In this document: positions 60,975 through 64,000 of the stretch, piece after piece
Numbering within the stretch: the first letter of the stretch is position 1
Layout of the letters: every line of letters begins with the position of its first letter
Assembly (NCBI GenBank): GCA_964234715.1
Contig: OZ174286.1
Length of the DNA stretch: 64,000 nt
Reading direction: 5' to 3' (one strand)
Source of the DNA: Podarcis melisellensis
Lineage: Eukaryota
Position numbers and translations under genes: made by a program
The notes under the pieces: generated by a model
Databases searched by the model: none
What the model was told of the DNA's origin: nothing
The model's input: the letters and a program-made list of their open reading frames with translations, nothing else

Positions 60975-61377
60975 CTGTAAGAACAAGATAGGTTTTCAAT
61001 TACCAGATTTTAAAAGAAGAAGGGGAGTGATCTCTTCTCTTCTCTGTGGAGCAAAGAGCAGCAAGTAAACAGGTTTGGAATGTATTAAAAGCTACTAAAC
61101 ACATCCCCACCCCAGCACTCATTCCCCTTTCATAGAATAAGTGGGGCAAATGCAAAGGATCTCAGCTGAGTGGTTTTTAAAAAACAGGTCGTGTGTTTCC
61201 AGGATTCCAGGCTAGCTAGATAGCTCACCCCAGAAGCTGACAAGCAGGGCATGTTAACATATGCTCCAACATATCTCATACCAAGATAATTTTTCCAAGC
61301 AGCGAGCAATAAAACCATGCAAATCAGTATAAAAATTCAAAACATTGAGAACGATTCAGCAGTTAAGTAAACTACTA

Positions 61378-61609
61378 CAGTGGTACCTCGTGTTACGTAC
61401 TGCCCTGCTTACGAATGCTGTGGGTTACCCGGAAGTAGATGCCCTTTGTTGCGACCTTTGCCCCGGGATGCAAGTGGAAGTCGCACTCCGGTGGCACGGC
61501 AGAAGCGGGAGGTGTCATTAGAGAAAGCGTGCCTCATGTTACAAGTGGTTTCCTGTTACGAACGGACTTCCGGAATGGATTAAGTAACACGTAACACAAG
61601 GTACCACTG
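61378..61609. mobile_element. Tc1/mariner-type MITE
   Basis: TA|CAGTGGTACCTCGTGTTACG...CGTAACACAAGGTACCACTG|TA, a ~20-bp TIR with one mismatch. Confidence 0.85.
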
Positions 61610-64000
61610 TAATGCAAAAGCTAGTCGTGCTGCAGGGGCAGCCTGGCTCAAGAAGAACATTTTGAGTAAGTGCAAAGGATAAAACAGAGAGAGCTTACTT
61701 AACAAGCTATTTCTGAACATAGAGCTTCCACTTTGCCTCATGACATGTGGCCATTGGATAGACTGATTCTGCAACCAAAAATTCTGCATGATTACTATGT
61801 GGATGCAGAAGTGCACCAGCAGAGGTTGCCCATTCTTTTTCATGTCAGGGATGTGTTTGGACTGAGACTGACCCAGCAATCCAAACTCTCTGCTGCTGGA
61901 GTTCTACTGTTGCTTCCACAGCCTGGCCACTCACGGTGGCTGCAGTAATAGAAGTGGGAGCAGGCAGATCAACCCCAGTCCTTGTGCCAGCTCCAGGCTG
62001 GTGCAGAGATCAGGCCCAGATTGAGCCCAATGTCCATCTGCCCCAGTTGTGAGACTCTATCTCCAGCAGATTCTGGGCTGTCTCTGCCCCTCCCCATCCT
62101 CAAAAGGCCTCATTTGGGGGAGTTCCACCCATGAGGATACCACCAGTGGTCCTTCTGCCTGTTTAGTGGGCGGAAGGGGAAGGTCTGCAAGGCAGAGGCA
62201 GGGGGCTGGTGGAGCTGACAGAAGCCAGCAGAGGGATACCACCTAGCATAAATGTGGCTTGGAACTGGATTGCAGCCTAAGTCATACTTGAAATCAATAG
62301 GACTTGGACATGGCTAACCTAAGTCCCAATGATTTCAGTGGGCCTACTGCAAGCATGACTAAGCTGTATCCAACACAATGTGCATTTGTTGCCACATTGG
62401 GTGAGAATTAGGGGCGTCAGAGGCCTCAATTGCGCTGCTGAGTCTCCACTGTGTTGCTCAGTGCAGCCGATTTAATATTTTCTGCCAACCTCCAAGTGTT
62501 GTTCATACCACAAGATAACCCTCCTTTGTTTTTGTGCACCTTTACTCTTAGTTGCTTACAGCTGTTTGCACTGTCTCCTTCTACCCGTTGATCCCTTATA
62601 GAATAAATATTTTCTCTTTTCCTTCTGTCTAGCTTTGGTTATGCTAGAGTATAAGAGATGTCTTTTGGCAGGGCTGGAAACATTCATTTATGTTCTCCAG
62701 TTATGCACTGATCATGGAAGAGGAGAGAAAAATAATAAACTGCATAGAAAATATGCTCAAATGGGCATACATAACAGGAAAATGGCATACCATCAACTGC
62801 CAAAGAAAAACCGGGACATCCTGTTTTTTCCATTGAGAGTATGGCAGCCATTTTGGGCACCTTGCTCTCTCATGATTTTGGGCTGAGATCTCCCCCCTCC
62901 CCCCCAAAAACCCCCACTTTTTTAGGTCTGTGATCTCGTGCTGGATTTTGGACCCAGAAGATAGAGTCCCAGATTTGGGTTGTGTCGTGTAGGAGGGTAT
63001 GAAATGGGGCAAGTGTCTTGGTGGCAGAGCCCCAGATATAATGTGAGATTTTGGTCAGCGTTGAGTTTCTTGTGCTAGAAGGAAAATGGTATGAGTCAAC
63101 CATTGTTCAATCCACCAAGGCTATGTCAGCATGGAAGCCCTGTGGTTTCACTGATTCCTAGCTGTGCCCATGCAGAAACTGCAGGCAACATTAATGGAAG
63201 AAACACATTAATTCAAGGTAAGCCATGCATTGCAAGGGAGCAGCACAAACAACCTGTTATATCCAGAAGGCACATATGACTAGGTTAGAAAAACCACAGA
63301 ACCATATTGAATTAGTGATGTGCCAAAATGTGTTGTCTAATTCAATTTAAAGTTTTTTTTCTCTGAGCAAGCGGTTCACATTTGTCTGCCTTATCCTTGG
63401 GGCACTTTACAATTTCAGCAGGTGTGGGGCTGAGCTTACCTTATTGTTGCAATGTAACTAAGGGGTGTTTGCCTGGGAGCTTCCCCCACCCTACCCTCTG
63501 CCCCACTGAACATTTCTCCAGTGCTCTGCAACCTTCCTGACTGACTGCACTTCCTGATCTGGAAAGTCCCCATTATAGGAGTCACCTCATGAAGTATTCC
63601 CCCAGGCTTTAATTGAAGCACAGCTACACAGGGAGGCTGCAAAACACAGACCACTGTGAGAGAATTTGTAGACTGAAGGGAGGGGTACTTAGCAACACCT
63701 TTTGGTCACCTTAAAAAGGAAGTTCATCACATCCAAAGCCCTGCACCTCGCCCATGAGAATTTCACTCATTTTCTCTCTCTCCCTTCTTCAAATGCACTT
63801 TCTTTTCATATTAATCAATTAAGAATGGTTGTGTTGGGGGGACCCACAGGAGAAATTTTCCACGCAGCACTACATTTAAAACAAAATTACGGGAAATGCA
63901 AATTGCTCAACATACAAACCAATTCAAAACTATTTTAACTCATTTTCGTTTACATCAAATTGCTTCAAAAATGCTGATTTTTTTCTTTTTGTGTGACCAG

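Overview
Eukaryotic, repeat-rich vertebrate DNA, most likely a squamate reptile and probably a lacertid lizard (inferred from Sauria/Squam-type SINEs). The window lies inside a class IIa histone deacetylase gene on the minus strand, best read as HDAC9. Five consecutive catalytic-domain exons (60919-60974, 60563-60650, 50201-50320, 49768-49865, 13771-13889) have GT-AG boundaries and join in frame. The ~36 kb intron 13890-49767 holds a very young, full-length Ty3/Gypsy chromovirus of the Tf1/Sushi (PEG10-like) type at 26605-33099, with apparently identical 767-bp LTRs and a CAAAG target-site duplication. This element has several notable traits. It has an 11-nt self-priming PBS instead of a tRNA PBS, and a GGGAAAC + pseudoknot -1 frameshift. 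Its chromodomain lacks the aromatic cage and is followed by an acidic FxGF motif. The integrase reading frame runs through the PPT and all of U3, stopping only in R. The same intron contains a 5'-truncated Ty1/Copia element with its 3' LTR and an L1-type LINE 3' end nested in a SINE. The window also has many SINEs, MITEs, L2/CR1 fragments, five N-gaps, and candidate TWIST1-type enhancer motifs near the HDAC9 exons. All calls were made by eye; no database searches were run.
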